Origin: Phoronis australis
Taxonomy: Eukaryota; Animalia; Phoronida
Assembly (NCBI GenBank): GCA_002633005.1
Contig: NMRA01000262.1
Location: 130,902 to 194,901 of the forward strand
Reading direction: 5' to 3'
Length of the DNA: 64,000 bases
Shown piece after piece: positions 61,801-64,000 of this stretch. The notes beneath the pieces were generated by a model. It worked only from the letters and a program-made list of their open reading frames with translations, made no database searches and was not told where the DNA came from. Each line of letters begins with the position of its first letter. Within the stretch, counting starts at the first letter, position 1. The position numbers and the translations under genes are program-made.

Positions 61801-64000
61801 TTCATGAAATTTGGCAAATATACCTTACTTTGAGGAGACGATGGTACCTTTCCCGTTTCCCACCCGGGACGTTTTAGACAAGTTTGGCCTAGGCTACGAC
61901 CCCGTTCCCTAAAGAATCATTATGAAAGGTATCGAATATGTTTCTGCTGTGGAGCGGCATGACTGAGGACGTCGATTTTCACTGAAGTGCTGTACCGCCC
62001 TCGAAAGACAATTCTAATTTCCTTTGCGTCAGCTTCAATATTTACCAATTTCTTAGATGCATTTTCAAAAATATTGTTTGTCAATTAACCTACGACTCTC
62101 AACTGCGTAACAGAGGCAGAATTACTTAACAGTGAGCTTGAGCCTGGCTCTGGACCCCATGCACTGATGCCACCGTCTGTCGTCACAAGTTTTTGCCCAG
62201 CCCCATATCATGGGCGGCGCAGCACTAAAAAAGTGTGGAGCTAGGTCTATAGCCCCCGCCCCCCTGTGGTACACGCCCATAGACCATGGGCGCCGGGAGC
62301 ACTGAAAAAAGTGGCTTGACTATAGCCCAGCCCCCTATGGTGCGCCGCTCATGCATGCAGTTTGTGTTACTCCCAGGGGTAGCCTCCCACATCGCTCTGC
62401 CCTCCGTCACGCCCCCCCCCCACGGGCCGTTTGTGCTGTCTTTCTTCCCGTCGTCCCATCAGTCGCGACCGGTTCGCCCTCTCTGCATCCTCTGTCGACG
62501 TCACTTTGAATCGTTCGTATCAAGTTATCAAAAGGGCGATTCGGTGATCAAATTGACTAAAGTAAACAATCATTGAATCCACATGTCAACATGTGCGGCA
62601 ATATTAGTGGACAAATGCGCGAAACTGGTGTTTGAGGTCACACCATAGAAACAGGATTAAAACAGAACAACATCGATGTGGTAACATTAAATCCGACGGT
62701 TGCTATCGTAAACCAGCCGAGAATCAACGGTATCCAACAATTTCCTCGAAACAGGCAACCTCAAACTATTATGCAATAAAAGACAACATTAGTTCGGAAT
62801 TAGGATCCGTTGTAATTTCTGAACACTGATGATCGGAACTAATGACTAAATATTACGTAATACTAAATATTACGTAATACTAAGCAAACAGAAGATGCAG
62901 ATCAATTTGCATGTAACACGCGAACACGTACGTAATTAAAGAGACCTCATAATACCAGGAACTTCTAGACGGACAGACCCGACTGACATGATCCCATGTA
63001 CTTTTTTGGGATAGAGTCAGAAAGTTGGTGGTGGCGGATGAATGAGCAGTGAAGCAATTAGTAACAAGAATTGAAGCAGTCTTTCATCAAAATCAAGTAG
63101 TTTATATTCGACACCTGAACTAACGTTCTCCTGACTAACGATAGGTGGCTCTCTCTCCTAACAAATCTTTCAATGAACAAGATTAGCATCCGAAATCCTA
63201 TAGACACTCTCGTGGAGAATTTTGACATAAAAGGCACCCCTTTGGTAGAGAATGTGGAGCGAAGAGTTGTCGAGCGCATGTCTAAGCGTATATTTCTTCT
63301 ATCGGTGTACTCCCGTGTCCACTATGGTCGTGTAAATCACATTTCTAGCCGTGCTTGACTGCTTTTAGGCGGCGCTCGAAAACGTACTGGTATCTTATTT
63401 TCCGCAGCCTTATTCTAAGCAACGACCTCCATACACAAATTTGTACTCGTTTTTGTTGAGTAGGTCACTGCGAGTAACTGTATGAATGGACCAAGAGAAG
63501 TGACAATGAATCATAATTTCTTGCGTGATAAACCACTAATGCTCAAAATACGGATGTTCGTTTTTCGCAATAAAGTTCAGTGAGCCGATGTATTCGACGA
63601 AACGGCAAATTCGGGGACAAAAATAAATCAAAGCCCACGTGACCCGAATACTTGGTAGTTGGCGCTCAAGTGGAAAATTTTCGAGACATTCGATTGACGC
63701 CAAAAATATCACATTTGAGAACTGCGGTTTTAAAGTTGTAAGAGAGTTTGCAATGAGCTTTTGTGAGGCGCGTGGAATTTTTCCCGTCAGAACACGCGCA
63801 TATGTAGAAAAATGTGTTTTACATAATGCCGCAGGCACACAAAGTTCACTTACAGGTTCACTTGACAACCATTCTTACATTACTCCAATCTCATTTAAAA
63901 TGAAGAGTTGAATAGAATACACATCAAGATGCACCATGTATTTTGCAACTCAAACTATTTTTCTTAAAGTGTGTCACATATAGGCACATAGAAGTGTGTC

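Noticed and set aside
62400-64000. Short ORFs and CpG-rich sequence at the right end
   Set aside because: No recognisable domains, spliceable chain or element termini; it could be a promoter or repeat but I cannot support either.

Overview
AT-rich animal genomic DNA with GT-AG introns, probably from an invertebrate such as a lophotrochozoan (inferred from the repeat content). There is one assembly gap at 8716-9093. I can support three genes. (1) The 5' part of PARPBP/PARI on the minus strand, with 5 phase-consistent coding exons at 66-4126, running off the left edge. (2) A ~41 kb plus-strand gene, divergent from PARPBP across a small ETS/CCAAT promoter at ~9.5-9.7 kb. Its 6 coding exons splice by hand into a 453-aa type I membrane protein: signal peptide, Cys-rich (SUEL-like?) module, CUB, Thr-rich stalk, TM, and a tail with six tyrosine motifs. 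(3) A convergent single-coding-exon 365-aa gene at 57802-58899 (-). The introns hold many transposons with readable ends: a 5.7 kb Merlin element, two inverted Kolobok THAP/KolX deletion derivatives, a young CsRN1-like Gypsy with a truncated integrase, an Academ element nested in a MITE, a LINE relic, several MITEs, and Helentron/DINE-1-like elements. The most unusual signals are the ~150-bp-phased arrays of CTCF-consensus motifs in one Helentron-like family, next to a second repeat family carrying YY1-consensus motifs, and the phosphotyrosine-motif-rich orphan receptor. All calls were made by eye from sequence and recalled family motifs; no searches were run.
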